A DNA stretch of 64,000 nt from Heptranchias perlo (taxonomy: Eukaryota), in the NCBI RefSeq assembly GCF_035084215.1, contig NC_090326.1:48050001-48114000 (forward strand), given 5' to 3'. The notes beneath the pieces are model-generated. The model was not told the origin of the DNA. It was given only the letters and a program-made list of their open reading frames with translations, and did not search any database. This document shows positions 37,262 through 50,659 of the stretch, in pieces (position 1 is the first letter of the stretch; each line of letters starts with the position of its first letter). The position numbers and the translations under genes were made by a program.

Positions 37262-39800
37262 AACATAGGAATAGGACTAGGCCATTCAGTCCTGCGAGTC
37301 TCTTCCACCGTTCCAGCAGATCGTGGCTGATCTGTATCTGAATACCCTAGCCTAACAAAAAAAAAAAATCTATCAATCTCAGTTTTGAAATTTTCAATTG
37401 ACCTAGCCTCAACAGCTTTTTTTTTTAAGGGGTGGGGGACAGGGAAAAAAAAGTGTTCCAGATTTCCACTACCATTTGTGTGAAGTGCTTTCTGACATCA
37501 CCCCTGAACGGCCTAGCTCTAATTTTAAGGTTACATCCTCCCCCATCAGAGGAAATAGTCTCTCTCCATCTACCCTATCAAATCCTTTAATCATCTTTAA
37601 CACTTCAATCAGATCACCCCTTAATCTTCTGTATTCAAGGGACTACAAGCCTAGTCTGTGTAAACTGTCTTCATAATTTAATCCTTTTAGCCAGAGTATC
37701 ATTCTGGTGAATCTGCTCAGCTAATATATCCTTCCTGAGGTGTGGTGCCCAGAACTGAATGCAGTTCTCATGATGGGGGTCTAACCAGAGCTCTGTATAG
37801 CTGTAACAAACTTCCACCCCTCGAGATAAAGGCCAACATTCTATTAGCCTTTTAAATTATTTTTTTTGTACCTCTCACTAGCTTTTAGTGATTTCTGTAC
37901 TTGGACTCCTAAATCTCTGCTCATCCACAGTTCCTAGTTTCTCACCAATTAGAAAATACTCTGATCTATCTTTATGTCCAAAGTGGATGACCTCACACTT
38001 TCCCACACTGAACTCAGTCTGCCACAGTTTTGCCATTCATTTAATCAATCAATGTCCCTCTGCAACTTTCTGCTCCCATCTACATTATTTAGTGTGCCAC
38101 CTAACTTAGTGTCATCAGCAAACTTAGATATACGGCTCTCTATTCCTTCATCCACGTCATTTCTAAAATGTAGTGAAAAGCCGCAACCCCAGTAGATCCC
38201 TAGGTGACACCGCTAGTCACATTCTGCCAATTTGAGCACACCCATTATCCCTACGCTCTGCCTTCTACCTCCGAACCAATTCCCTATCCAAGCCAATAGA
38301 TTGCCTCCAATTCCATGCGTTCTCATTTTTATTAACAATCTCTTGTGGAATCTTATTGAATGCCATCTGGAAGTCCATATAAATAACATCCATAGACACT
38401 CCCTTATCTACCACGTTAGTTACCTCAAAAAATTCAACTAGGTTCGTTAGACATGACTTGCCCGTTACAAATCCATGCTGGCTCTCTCTGATCAGCTCAT
38501 TTTCATCCAAATGCTCAGTCACTCTCCCTAATAGATTCTAGTAACTTCCCCACAACTGACATTAGACTAATAGGCCTATAGTTTCCTAGTGCATCTCACT
38601 TACGCTTCTTAAACAGTGGAGTGACATGTCAATTTTCCAATCCAAGGGGACAATTCCTGAATCGAGTGGGTCTTGGAAGATCATGCCTTACCGCATCAAC
38701 AATTTCCTCACCTACCTCTTAATATCCTGGAGTGGAAACCATCAGGTCCTGGAGATTTGTCTATCTACAATCTCATTTAAAAAAAAGGAACTAAAGTTTG
38801 TATTGAATCAAGTTAGTTCCTCCTTGATTTATTTTTAGTTTTCTTTGTTTCTGATATTTTATCCTCATATTCTACTGAAGACTGATACAAAGTAGCTATT
38901 TAGTAAGTCTGTCATTTCCTGATTTCCAATTACAGTATCACCTGCTTGTCATTAAGGGGCCTACATTGCTCTTAGCCACCCTGTTTCTCTTAATATATTT
39001 GTAAAAACCTCTGCCTTTTACAAGCCTTTTCTTTTAGTTTTATACTATCTCACACTTGCCTTGTTAACTGAGGTTGTTTAATTAGACAAATAGAGTTCTT
39101 GCTCTTTAGGGGTATGTTCAGGGCTTGTATTCTACCAAATACTTTTTTGAACACCTCCCAATGTTCATCCGTAATTTTATCTGTTAATAGTTCCGCCCAG
39201 TCTGTTGTGGTCAATTCCTGCCTCATCCCTCCAAAGTCAGCCTTACCTAAATTTAAAATCTTGGTTCATGACTTACCCTCCCCCCCCCTACACACCCCCA
39301 AATCTAATATCAAATTCTATTATATTATAAGAACATAAGAAATAGGAGCAGGAGTAGGCCAATCGGCCCTTCGAGCCTGCTCCGCCATTTAATAAGATCA
39401 TGGCTGATTATGGTCACTGTTAGCTAGGTGTTCCCTTGCCATTAGATTGACTAATTCAGGCTCATTACTTAATCTAAGATCGCCTGTTTTCCTGTTGGTT
39501 CAAGAAGATTTTGTTCCAGAAAACTGTCCCGAACACAAGAAATTTGCTGTCTTTATGACTCGAGCTGTTCTGCTTTCCCCAGTCTATGTGAAAATTGAAG
39601 TCTCCCATTATAACTACTCCGTTTTTGCAACAAACTTCTCTAATCACGTTTATGTATCCTGCAACTTTATTGCTGCTATCTGGTAGTCTATAAATGACTC
39701 CCACCAAAGGCTTGCATCCTTTTTTATTCCTCAATTGTACCCATAGCATTTTTACTGCCTGCTCAGCCTTACTGATATCCCCTCTTTCTAATGCTGTGAT
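37262..39800 (-). mobile_element. Decayed CR1 LINE (EN to 3'UTR) containing an ~80-bp CR1 3'-end insert at 39327-39410
   Basis: WVQLRNKKG..MGDFN, SQHGF..SCLTNLVEFF and a 3' tail near 37262. Confidence 0.9.
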
Positions 39801-39814
39801 AGTGGCCCTTAGAC

Positions 39815-40680
39815 ACTAATAGATGTGCATGTGCTACAAACACCAATACATTCTAACAATGGAAAGACATTTTGTGAACACCTGGGAGGCCAAAAGGCCA
39901 TGGAAAAGGACCTGGTATTCATAACTTTTATGGGGAACGGTGAACTTCAAATATTCTGTGACAAAGCCAAATGGCAATGTGGAAGTACACATCGTTCATC
40001 ACACAAAGCACAACCCTTGAACTTTTCAGACGTCCATTTAATTGCCAGAGGTCAAGGATAGGGAAGAACCTCCCTCTCTGTTTATCTCCTCCTCCTTACG
40101 CAATTTGCTGGCGACTACAAAGTAACAAGAATAGAATCTGCTCCATTCCCAATTAACTAGAACCATTAATCTAGATAATGAAGCTCAGCATCTTTTTATC
40201 TCTATCAGAATGGATTTCTGATCAAGGCTCCATAGGTGATCTGAATGCACAATTCCTGTGAAACTCAATGTACAATGAAACCTTTTGATGGCTTCCCTGA
40301 TCAAGCACTTCAGATGCTTGAGTCATAAAAAGGTTTAATTTTATATTTAGCTATTAACTGCCAAGAGTCTCCAACCTTGTAGGGCTCTATCTTCGGGAAC
40401 CCTGGACTGTGTTACAGTCCCAGAAAGGATCAAAGAGTTATTTGCTCTGTGTTGGCCTGCAGATGGGCCACCATGTCCACAGGAATTCAATATGAGCCAT
40501 ACAAGGGATATTAATGAAGGTGTACTGATCCTGCTCATAGTTCTCCAATTCTTTAATTTGCTCACCAAACAGCTCTTCATAATCAAAAGGACATCAGCAG
40601 TATATTAGTTCTCATGTCTGGAAGAGACAGAAATTCTCAACCCAGCTTGGTGACAAGGAGCCTGTGCTCTTATACCAGGT
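39815..40680 (-). mobile_element. Fossil DIRS-type (tyrosine-recombinase) retrotransposon: gag end + RT
   Basis: Minus-strand motifs in DIRS order with indels: FDYEELFGE, RFYSCYFVV (40113-40140), PILDL..LN, DVYFHIAI, YEYQVLFHGL..QVFTKCL. Confidence 0.8.
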
Positions 40681-41162
40681 CACCTACTGCTGCAGTAAAG
40701 TAATGTCAATCCTCAAACAGCAGGGAGCTGTCATTATCAAGAATAGAAGAACTGCCTCAATTCAAAATTACTGCCCTTTCCCCCTTCTAGGGAATCACCT
40801 TGAACTAGGAACTTAAATGTAGAGATGGATTTTAATCTAGCTCACCTAGTACCCAAAGAACTAAGAGGCTAGATGAGCAGAGGTTTTGTAAAATTTAATG
40901 AAAATCCAGAATCATTGAGTAATGTTGGTCAAGCATTACTACACAACAGAAACTCCTCACATATTCAAATATCTAGCAGGACAGAAATTAAAATGTTACC
41001 ACGCATTAATTCTTCCAATTTTATGCAAGTTAAAATTTATGATGTGAACAATAAGAACATGATACTTTATGAACAGTGGGCAGTTGTCCGTGTATCTTAT
41101 TTCTTCAATTCTTCTTGCCCCATCTCCCTACAAATTTGAAATTTTAATCAATAAAAACTTAC

Positions 41163-41234
41163 TTTAGTTAAAAACTCCTGTAGCTCCTGGTGGGTTTTTC
41201 TCACAATACACATGGAGAGGTCAGTCCGCTTGAC
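41163..41234 (-). CDS. ZCCHC2: ZCCHC2 exon (probable 4), PX-like region: VKRTDLSMCIVRKTHQELQEFLTK
   Basis: ttttaag acceptor, GTAAGT donor, 72 nt, phase 0/0. KTHQELQEFL is identical to the recalled human sequence. Confidence 0.93.
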
Positions 41235-41285
41235 CTTAAAAACATTTTTAGAAGTGTTGTGAATAAGGGTACAAATACAATACAA

Positions 41286-41720
41286 AAATCATAGATTATT
41301 GCACAGAAACAGGCATCAATATTCCCCCCCCCCCCAACAAAAGTAACTCATCTAACTAATCTCAGTCCCTTGTTCCCCTTACCCTTTAATATTCCTCTTC
41401 AAACAACTAACGAATTTATGACTCAGCTTCAACAACATATTGTGGTAGAGACTTCCACATTTAACCATCCATTGTGTAAAGAATTTTTTCCTAACCTCCC
41501 CTTTAACTCTTTGTAATTGTCTTAGATTTGTGCCCTCGTTAGTGCTTTCTGACAATTTATCACTATTTAACTTACTATAATTAATCATTAGCTCGAAGAC
41601 ATCCACCAGGTCCATCCTTAATCCTTTTCAGCTCTACAGGAAAAAGCCCCAAGGCTCTGTTCATAACTATATCCCAGGAAACAGGTCTTGTACAACATTA
41701 ACATTCAACATCATCTCCAA
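41286..41720 (-). mobile_element. Old CR1 3' fragment
   Basis: DLVDVF..VRKKFFTQW peptide. Confidence 0.7.
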
Positions 41721-41869
41721 TGCCTGAACATATGAAACCAAAATTCTGTTTGCCTTTTTACAACAGCAAGTCTGTTTTGTAGGTTCCTGTTACTGAATCG
41801 CCTACCATTAGGAGTTATGTCAGCATAATGGGGGGTGGGGGTGGAAGAAAGAGAGAAAGAGAGAAAATG

Positions 41870-42640
41870 AACAGGGTGCCCAGGGCTCAATGTTGGGACC
41901 ACTGCTGTTCCTAATTCACTAAATGACCTGGATTCAGAAACTCAAATGCAAAGTGGTCAAATTTTCAGGCAATGCCAAATGAGAAGAGGCAGTGGAACCA
42001 GCTCAGAAGTTACAGAATGATTTGGATAAAATATATAAGTGGGCAGTAAAATGGCAGATGAAATTTAATGCAGATGACTGTAAAATACTGCATGTAGGAA
42101 CGAAAAATAAGCAACACATGTACTCCACAAATAGTGTTGAAGTAGCCACGGATGAAGCTGAAAGAGATCTAGGAGTCGTAGTGGACTTGACACTCAACAT
42201 GTCCAACCAATGTAGAGCAGTAAACGAAGCTAATATAATGTTAAACTACATAGTCAAAACAGTAGAATACAAGTCAGAAGAAGTTGTGACCAAAATGTAC
42301 AGACTGCATCTCAAGTACAGTGTTCAGTTCTGGTCGCTGACACACAAGGAGGACATTTAAGCACTGGTAGCAGTGCAGACAAGAGTCACAGGGCTGATCC
42401 CTAGTGTCTGAGTTGTGAGGAAAGTGAATGTAAAAGGTAAATCCAGACTATTAAGTTAAATAGCAAGAGTAAGATAAGGGAACACAGAATCAGACCAGTA
42501 AAAAGGTAAATTTAGGACTGACACCAGGAAATTCTTTTTTATGTAAAGAGTGAACAATGTATAGAATCGATTTACAAGAAGAGTAGAAGGCAAAAACCTT
42601 GCAATCTTAACCTTTGGATGCTGAAAAGGGGAACTTTAAG
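41870..42640 (+). mobile_element. Old CR1 RT fragment
   Basis: LQNDLDKIYKWAVKWQMKFN...ERDLGV...YSVQFWS. Confidence 0.85.
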
Positions 42641-43045
42641 AACAAAAGAACTTGCGAATAGAGCCCCTTTCACCACCTCAGGGCATTTCAAAGCACTTTA
42701 CAGCCATTTAAATACTTTTGAAGTGTAGTTACTGTTGTAATCAAGGGAAATACGGCAGCCAATTTGCACAGAGCAAGGTCTCACAAACAGCTATGAAATA
42801 ATGATCATATAATCTGTTTTAGTGATCTTGGTCAAGGAATAAATATTGACCAGAACACCGGGAGAACTTCCCTGCTCTTCTTCAAATAGTGCCATGGGAT
42901 CTTTTAAGTCTCATCCGAAAGACAGCAATGCAGTACTGAGGGAATACGGTGATGTGTCAGCCAAGGTTATGGGCTCAAGTCTCTGGGGCTTGAACCCACA
43001 ACCTTCTAACACAGAAATGAGCGTGCTACCACTGAGCACGGCTGA
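42640..43045 (-). mobile_element. SacSINE1-like DeuSINE, internally deleted
   Basis: Aligns with 19848-20279. Confidence 0.8.
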
Positions 43046-43884
43046 TCTTTTCGGGTGGGTGAAATAAAGCGCCTTTTTCATCCATAACTGCCGAGTGATC
43101 TAATTCATCTTTCAGATTAAAACAAACTTGGTAGTTAAATATGTGCACTAGTCTTGTCAAAGTCAAATATTGTGATCATCTTCTGCCTTTTAATCCATGT
43201 CTTTATGTACTTTAAAGGCTAGTTTAATTGCATCTGTTAGGTCCAGATCCCCTCTCTAATTATACATTTCAAGTTTTTAAAAAGAGGTGCAAGTATGGAG
43301 TACTGCTTCCACAAGAGCTCTCAATCTGAAAATTCTAGCAGAATCATGGTAAACATATACAGTCTCCAAACAAGTCACAATTAAATATTTTGTAAGCACT
43401 AAATTCCCCCTCTGCTGTGTCACTTATGTTATTTAATTTGAATTATTGGATAGTTCAAATTCCTTTAGCACTAAAAACACGACTGAATCATCAGTATACT
43501 ACATCCAGCTCTAAGCATCATGGCCATATCTATTATATTCTCTTTTACATGAACAATGGATCATATGATAACATTTTTATCTTGAAATTATTCCTTCATT
43601 ACAGGCAATGATACACAAGTATACTAAGTCAGAAAAACCATTGGAAGCATACTAATTTTATGCACCACTGCCGTTTTTCAAAAGCCTTGGATACTGGATC
43701 TTCCCATATAGCAAAGCAAAGCGTTTCTAATGCTACTACAAAGAGTAATGGTGAATATAACAATCTTATTGAGCTTAATCATATGGAGTTAAAGATGATA
43801 TTAATAAGGCTATCATTCAATGCAGCTACCAATATGGAAGCCAAATAAATCATCCTTATCTAACTACGACCTTGGACAGCAATA

Positions 43885-46555
43885 AGAAACATAGAAAATA
43901 GGAGCAAGAGTAGGCCATTCGGTCCTGCTCCACCATTCAAAATGATCATGGCTGATCGTCTAACTCAGTACCCTGTTCACGCTTTTTCCCCCATATCCCA
44001 TGATCCCTTTAGCCTTAAGAAATATATCCATCTCCTTCTTGAATACATCTAATGACTTGGCCTCCACTGGCTTCTGTGGTAGAGAATTTCACAGGTTCAC
44101 CACCCTCAGTGAAGAAATTTCTCCTCATCTGTTCTAAATGGCATACCCCGTATCCTGAGACTGTGACCCCTGGTTATGGACTTCCCAGCCATCGGGAACA
44201 TCCTCCCTGCATCTAGTCTGTCTAGTCCTGTTAGAATTTTATATGTTTCGATGAGATCACCTCTCATTCTTCTAAACTCTATAGTGAATATAGGCCTAGT
44301 CGACCCAATCTCTCCTCATAAGTCAGCCCTGCCATCCCAGGAATCAGTCTGGTAAACCTTCGTTGCACTCCCTCCATGGCAAGGACATCCTTCCTCAGAT
44401 AAGGAGACCAAAACGGCACACAATACTCCAGATGTGGTCTCACCAAGGCCCTGTACAACTGCAGCAAGACATCCCTGCTCCTGTACAGTGTCCTGGACAG
44501 TGTCCTAGGCCCAACCATCTTCAGCTGCTTCATCAATGACCTTCCCTCCATCATAAGGTCAGAAATGGGGAGGTTTGCTGATGATTGCACAGGGTTCAGT
44601 TCCATTCGCAACCCCTCAAATAACGAAGCAGTCCGAGCCCGCATGCAGCAAGACCTGGACAACATCCAGGCTTCGGCTCATAAGTGGCAAGTAACATTCA
44701 TGCCAGACAAGTGCCAGGCAATGACCATCTCCAACAAGAGAGTGTCTAACCACCTCCCCATGACATTCAACAGCATTACCATCGCCAAATCCCCCACCAT
44801 CAACATCCTGGGGGTCACCATTGACCAGAAACTTAACTGGACCAGCCATATAAATACTGTGGCTACAAAAGCAGTTCAAAGGCTGGGTATTCTGCGGCGA
44901 GTGACTCACCAAAGCCTTTCCACCATCTATAAAGGCACAAGTCAGGAGTGTGATGGAATACTCTCCACTTGCCTGGATGAGTGCAGCTCCAACAACTCTC
45001 AAGAAGCTCGACACCATCCAGGACAAAGCAGCCCGCTTGATTGGCACCTCATCCACCACCCTAAACATTCACTCCCTTCACCACCTGCGCACTGTGGCTG
45101 CAGTGTGTACCATCCATAGGATGCACTGAAGCAACTCGCCAAGGCTTCTTCGACAGCAGCTCCCAAACGCGCGACCTCTACCTCCTAGAAGGACAAGAGC
45201 AGCGGATACATGGGAACAACACCACCTGCACGTTCCCCTCCAAGTCACACACCATCCTGACTTGGAAATATATCGCCGTTCCTTCATCGTCGCTGGGTCA
45301 AAATGCTGGAACTCCCTTCCTAACAGCACTGTGGGAGAACCACACGGACTGCAGCTGTTCAAGAAGGCGGCTCACCACCACCAATTCAAGGGCAATTAGG
45401 GATGGGCAATAAATGCCGGCCTCGCCAGCGACTCCCACATCCCACGAACAAATTTTTAAAAAATCCTCTCGCAATGAAGGCCAACATACCATTCGCCTTC
45501 CTAACTGCTTGCTGCACCTGAATGCTTGCTTTCAGTGACTGGTGTACAAGGACACCCAGGTCTCATTGCACATCCCCTTTTTCCAATCCATTCAGATAAT
45601 AATCTGTCTCTGTTTTTACAACCAAAGTGGATAACCTCACATTTATCCACATTATACTGCATCTGCCATGTTCTTGCCCACTCACCCAACTTGCCTAAAT
45701 TACATTGGAGCCTCTTTGCATCCTCCTCACAGATCACATTCCACCCCAGCTTTGTGTTGCCTGCAAACTTGGAAATGTTACATTTAGTTCCCTCATCCAA
45801 ATCATTGACATATATTGTGAGTAGCTGGGGCCCAAGCACTGATCCCTGCGGTAGTCACTGCCTGCCACCCGGAAAAAGACCCATTTATTCCTACTCTCTG
45901 TTTCCTGTCTGTCAACCAATTCTCAATCCATGCCAGTATATTCCCCCCAATCCCATGTGCTTTAATTTTGCACACTAACCTCTTGTGTGGGACCTTATCA
46001 AAAGCCTTCTGAAAATCCAAATACACCACATCCACTGGTTCTCCCCTTTCTATTCTACTCGTTACATCCTCAAAAAACTCCAGTAGATTTGTTAAGCATG
46101 ATTTCCCTTTCATAAACCCATGCTGACTTTGTCCAATCCCATTAATGCCTTCCAAGTGTTCTGTTATCACATGCTTTATAATAGACTCTAGTATTTTCCC
46201 CACTACTGATATCAGGCTAACTGGTCTGTAATTCCCTGTTTTTTCTCTCCCTCCTTTTTTAAATAGTGGGGTTACATTTGCCAACCTCCAATCTGTAGGA
46301 ACTGTTCCAGAGTTTATAGAAGTTTGGAAGATGATCACCAATGCATCCACTATTCCCAGGGCCACTTCCTTTAGTACTCTGGGATGTAGATTATCAGGCC
46401 CTGGGGATTTGTCAGTCTTTAGCCCCATTAATTTCCCTAGCACTATTTTTTTAGTAATACAGGTTTCCTTCAGTTCCTCCCTCTCACTAGACCCTTATAG
46501 TTCCCTAACATTTCTGGCAGGTTGTTTGTGTCCTCCTTTGTGAAGGCAGAACTAA
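43885..46555 (-). mobile_element. CR1 LINE, 5'-truncated, close paralogue of 21990-23680, split by LINE-B
   Basis: RT ORF 45802-46443; same 3'UTR as at 21990. Confidence 0.95.
44487..45460 (+). mobile_element. LINE-B copy, 5'-truncated
   Basis: FADD RT and the same 3'UTR as the other copies; 10-nt duplication acagtgtcct at the 5' junction. Confidence 0.93.
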
Positions 46556-46589
46556 GCTCCTGAATCAGGTGGCTATTTCTATTCAACTA

Positions 46590-46700
46590 ATGTTGAAATA
46601 TTAACTCCTCTGTTCTCACCGCAAATACTGCCTGACCTGAATGTTCCTAGCATTTTCAGCTTTTGTTTCAGATTTCCAGCAAGTGCTGTTTTTTTTCCTT
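46590..46700 (+). mobile_element. Decayed Penelope-like terminal repeat
   Basis: Similar to 51110-51220 (ctgcctgacctg..cattttc..tcagatttccagc). Confidence 0.6.
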
Positions 46701-46739
46701 TTTGTTAATAGGGCAACTTAAAGATCATTTATTACTTAC

Positions 46740-46816
46740 ATCAAATGTGTACTCCCAGTAGTTGTCCGATCTCTTTTTTGACAAAGTTTTGAAGGAAATA
46801 TTTTCAATCTGTACTC
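46740..46816 (-). CDS. ZCCHC2: ZCCHC2 exon (probable 3): (G)VQIENISFKTLSKKRSDNYWEYTFD
   Basis: ttttttcag acceptor, GTAAGT donor, 77 nt, phase 1/0. Resembles human AVHIEKI..KRADKYWEYTFK. Confidence 0.92.
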
Positions 46817-48279
46817 CTGAAAAAAGCAGAACAGAAATCCTAAGTTACAAAATAAAGGGTCAATGATTAGTTGGAAATAACTTCCGTCCATTAGAACCCA
46901 ATTAAATGAACATGTAGTCAGCTTGTACGTCATTCTTGACTACTTTGGTGACTCATTGGGAAACCCTGTATTTGTGGATTTGTTGTTCAGTAAAGCTACA
47001 ACAAATGATTTAAAGCAATTCTGTAATCTTCAAGCTTTAATGGTGCAATTACATTCCAGCTAAGGGTTGCAAACCAACAGAACCACAAAGTGGTTTATAA
47101 ACCACATGTGACACCACAATGGATTTACACCCAAGCAGTGTCAAACTGAAGTGGCATGACACTAACCCCTATAGAAAGTCTCACTCAGCTTCGGTCAGGT
47201 TAGGACCTGACTGCACATTTCCAACTCAAGTTTAGCATCTCTGTGAAGCTGAAATTAGTTGCATCGATGTTAAGAGAAGTGTAAATGGAACCCTAAAAAA
47301 CTGAAGCTGATCTGAACACGAGAATTTTGTCTCCAACCAAAAAAGTCTATGATTTCAACTTTAGTCTCAGTTCTCTGCTACACTAGAAAACAGCTCAACT
47401 TGACAGAGTCCCAGAGCACAGGATCAAGCCAAGAAAAGATGGTACACAAGACTGAAGAGGAAACCTCCAAATTAGACAAAAACTTTTTTAAAAATGCTCC
47501 AATACTTCCCTCTGGGTTATAGACTACATTTGTCTATCAGTTGTCATAACATCATTGCAATGAATTGGAGGTGCAGAAGCAAATTTCAATACTATTGCCA
47601 ACATTATGATCAGTTTTTTTTTTTGAGGGGCCATTCATACCTGAAAGGCACTTCTACTTCCAAAAAAAAACATGCAATGGTTCAATCATGTAACTGTAAA
47701 TACACCTGATCTAGAGACAACTTGTTCCATCCTTTAAACGAGTAAACATGAAATAGGAAAAGGAAACAGTTACAGTGGCGAGTATTTCAATTTTATTCAC
47801 TTAATCCATCAGTTTTGCCTTTTGACCTAGTCCTTTTGAAGGCAAGTTTTACAACAAATTCTTCTCTAATCAGAACACCATGGTTTCTTGGTGTACATAC
47901 CAGTCAATGTTAACATAAAATAAAATCTTAGTGTTTTCTTCAATTAGTCTCAGACATTTCAGTGCCCCATTGAGAGCTTTGTTCACTAGGCTCATATGAA
48001 CATCACATGATTCTCACAGTCACCACAATGGTTAAGAGCCATAGTACCAGAATAGCTCTGTTGTTTGAGAGGCAGTCCAACAAAGTAGACCTTGCTTACA
48101 CAGCAAGCAGAAATTTTTCAGTACAATGTTTAATGAGAAGGAAAATTACAAAATATCTGAAGGGAGGGGGAGGGGACGGGGAAGAAAGGGGAGAGAGATG
48201 GGGGGGGGGGTGGGGGTGGGGGGAAAGAGAAAAAAAAAGAGGAAGAGAAGAGAAAAAAGAAAACTGGATTTAATGCTTT

Positions 48280-48600
48280 TTCCTGTAGGATGAATATACA
48301 TTTAGCATATGACCTGCCCATGTGCGTGACACTACACTTTTCTAAGTTAAATGTCATTTGACAAACATGGGCCCAATACCCCAGCACATCTAGATGTGAA
48401 AAATATATAACCACTCTGGGTTCATTAGATAGCATTAGTGACCCTACTCAGCGGCAAGGGTTGACTTGAAAATAAGGATCATTAGGCCTCCTGTTGGTCT
48501 GCAAACTTACAATCAGACCCTGGAAAGATAGCTGAATCCTTTGGAAGGTGGTTAATGGAAATATTGAGCAATTCTGAACGTAAAGATTTGATTGACTAAT
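48280..48600 (-). mobile_element. Old CR1 RT fragment
   Basis: WAHVCQMTFNLEKCSVTHMG peptide. Confidence 0.7.
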
Positions 48601-48658
48601 GGGTCAGAATGGTGTAATTTGAGTGCGATGCAGCAAGTTAAATTAGATCAAAGATTAC

Positions 48659-48764
48659 CTGGTCGTTGAGCGATTGCTTCTGCCCCTTCACAAGATGAGG
48701 GAGGAGTTCTTTCATAGTAGTTACTCTCAGTCCCTAATGAATAATTTTTCCTGGAGAGACGCTC
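48659..48764 (-). CDS. ZCCHC2: ZCCHC2 exon (probable 2): ERLSRKNYSLGTESNYYERTPPSSCEGAEAIAQRP
   Basis: Polypyrimidine tract plus aag acceptor, CAG|GTAATC donor, 106 nt. Phase 0/1 matches the next exon; sequence conservation is low. Confidence 0.72.
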
Positions 48765-49084
48765 CTTTTGAAAAAAACAACATCCAAATAAAAAGTAGTA
48801 CATATAACCAACGGCCATTCTATAGAGAAATAACCAAACCAATTTTCACAATTTCCTTCCCCAAAAGAAGAAAAATCCCTTTTAAATATGGAATTCGTAT
48901 TTAGTGTCAATAGCGTGAGCTAAGTTTGAAAGCTGCATATCCACATAATTTTGATAGGACATATTCAGGTGCAAAATCTTCATTTTTGGACCATTTTTAA
49001 ACCAGGTTATTGAAGTTTGCTTATAGTAGCTTATTTTAATATCCTACAAGGTAATGCAAACAACTTTTTCCCAAATATTGATCA

Positions 49085-49412
49085 ACATGAGATAGGATCA
49101 TAATAGGAGCAGGAGTAGGCCATACAGCCCCTCGAGCCTGCTCTGCCATTCATTAAGATCATGGCTGATCTTCTACCTCAACCCCACTTTCCCACCCTAT
49201 CTCCATATCCCTTGATTCCCTTAGTGTCCAAAAATCTATCGATCTGAGTCTTGAACATACTCAAAAACTGAGCATCCACAGCCCTCTGGGAGTAGAGAAT
49301 TCCAAAGATTGACAACCTCTTGAGTGAAGACATTTTTCTTCATCGCAGTCCTAAATGGCCGACCCCTTATCCTGAGACAAGACCCCTAGTTCTAGACTCT
49401 CCAGCCTGGGGA
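49085..49412 (-). mobile_element. CR1 3' end fragment
   Basis: ataggagcaggagtaggcc 3'UTR; reverse complement of 60840-61140. Confidence 0.88.
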
Positions 49413-49699
49413 GATACTAAAAAATTCCAAAGAATTTTATGAGGGCAACAATCACACTGGAGTATTTAACGGAGAATACTTGTAGAATTTTATTAAAATT
49501 AGTTTTTATGGCAAACTATCTGTGCACCACTCAGGTACGAGACAACAGCTATTCAGAGACAGAAGACGGCAATGGCCAATTTTTAATAAGAGGTACCTAC
49601 AGGTTCAGAACAACGCAATATTTTCCCACAAGTAAAACATGCCATTTTATTATTTCCTCCATGATATCCCACTATCTATTCCCCTCCCAACCTCTGACC

Positions 49700-50450
49700 A
49701 AGCAACTGTCTTTGCTGTTGACATTGTCAATTGCACTCTTCCCTCATGCACTGGTTCAAAACCGCTGTCATCACTCCCTCCTCAAAACCTCACCGTAACT
49801 TCTCAACCTTGCCTCCCGTCTCATCACTTACTTCTCTTTTCTCCTTGAAAATCTTGGAACGTATCAACGCTACCGAGTTTCACATTTACTGCTCCCACCT
49901 GTCTCTTTGGTTACCTTTAGTTTGGTTTCGCCTGCCCACTGCACTGAGACTGCCCTGATCAAAGTAGCCAACAGTCTTTCTGACTGCAACTGTGGTGCAT
50001 TGTCCTTCCTCATCTTCCTTGACCTCTGTATTAAATACTTTTGAACACTCCATCCCCCTCCTAGGTACTGGCTTTGCTTGGGGTCCACTCTCAACCAGCG
50101 TATCTCCTGGGAACAATATCCCCTCCTGGCTACCTATGGTTCCTTCAGAAGCGCTCCCTCCTTGGTCCCCTTATTTGTCTGTATGCTGCCCCATGGCAAC
50201 ATTATCCATAGACATGAGATCATCTTCTATGTGCACATTGATGACACCCAGCTCTACCTCTCCACCACTGCCCTCGAAGAAACAACCACAACCATGCAGT
50301 GACATAGCCACATAAGCCCGAACTTTCTCCAAAATCAATACCAAAACCATCCTTTTCAGCTCTTGCCAAAAACTTTGCATCATAATCCCCAATCCCTGAT
50401 CCCTTCTCAACTACTTAACCAGAGTATATCCAACAGTGTCCAACCTCAGT
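49700..50450 (+). mobile_element. Decayed L2-type RT fragment
   Basis: H.TETALIKVAN and HIDDTQLYLS motifs. Confidence 0.8.
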
Positions 50451-50659
50451 GTCAACTCTGTACTAGTATACAAACTACTTACTACCAACCAGCATATCAG
50501 TCAGTGAAAGACTAGTTGTTGAGGCTGATCTCCAAGCAGGAGGATAGGTTTGCTATGGTCCCAGACACCAACCTGTCCTTCTGAATGGAGCATCAAGTGA
50601 AGCCATTCCAACTTGCTATAAGCAACCTATTTTTGTCCGTCTTTGGTACTGCGATTTTT

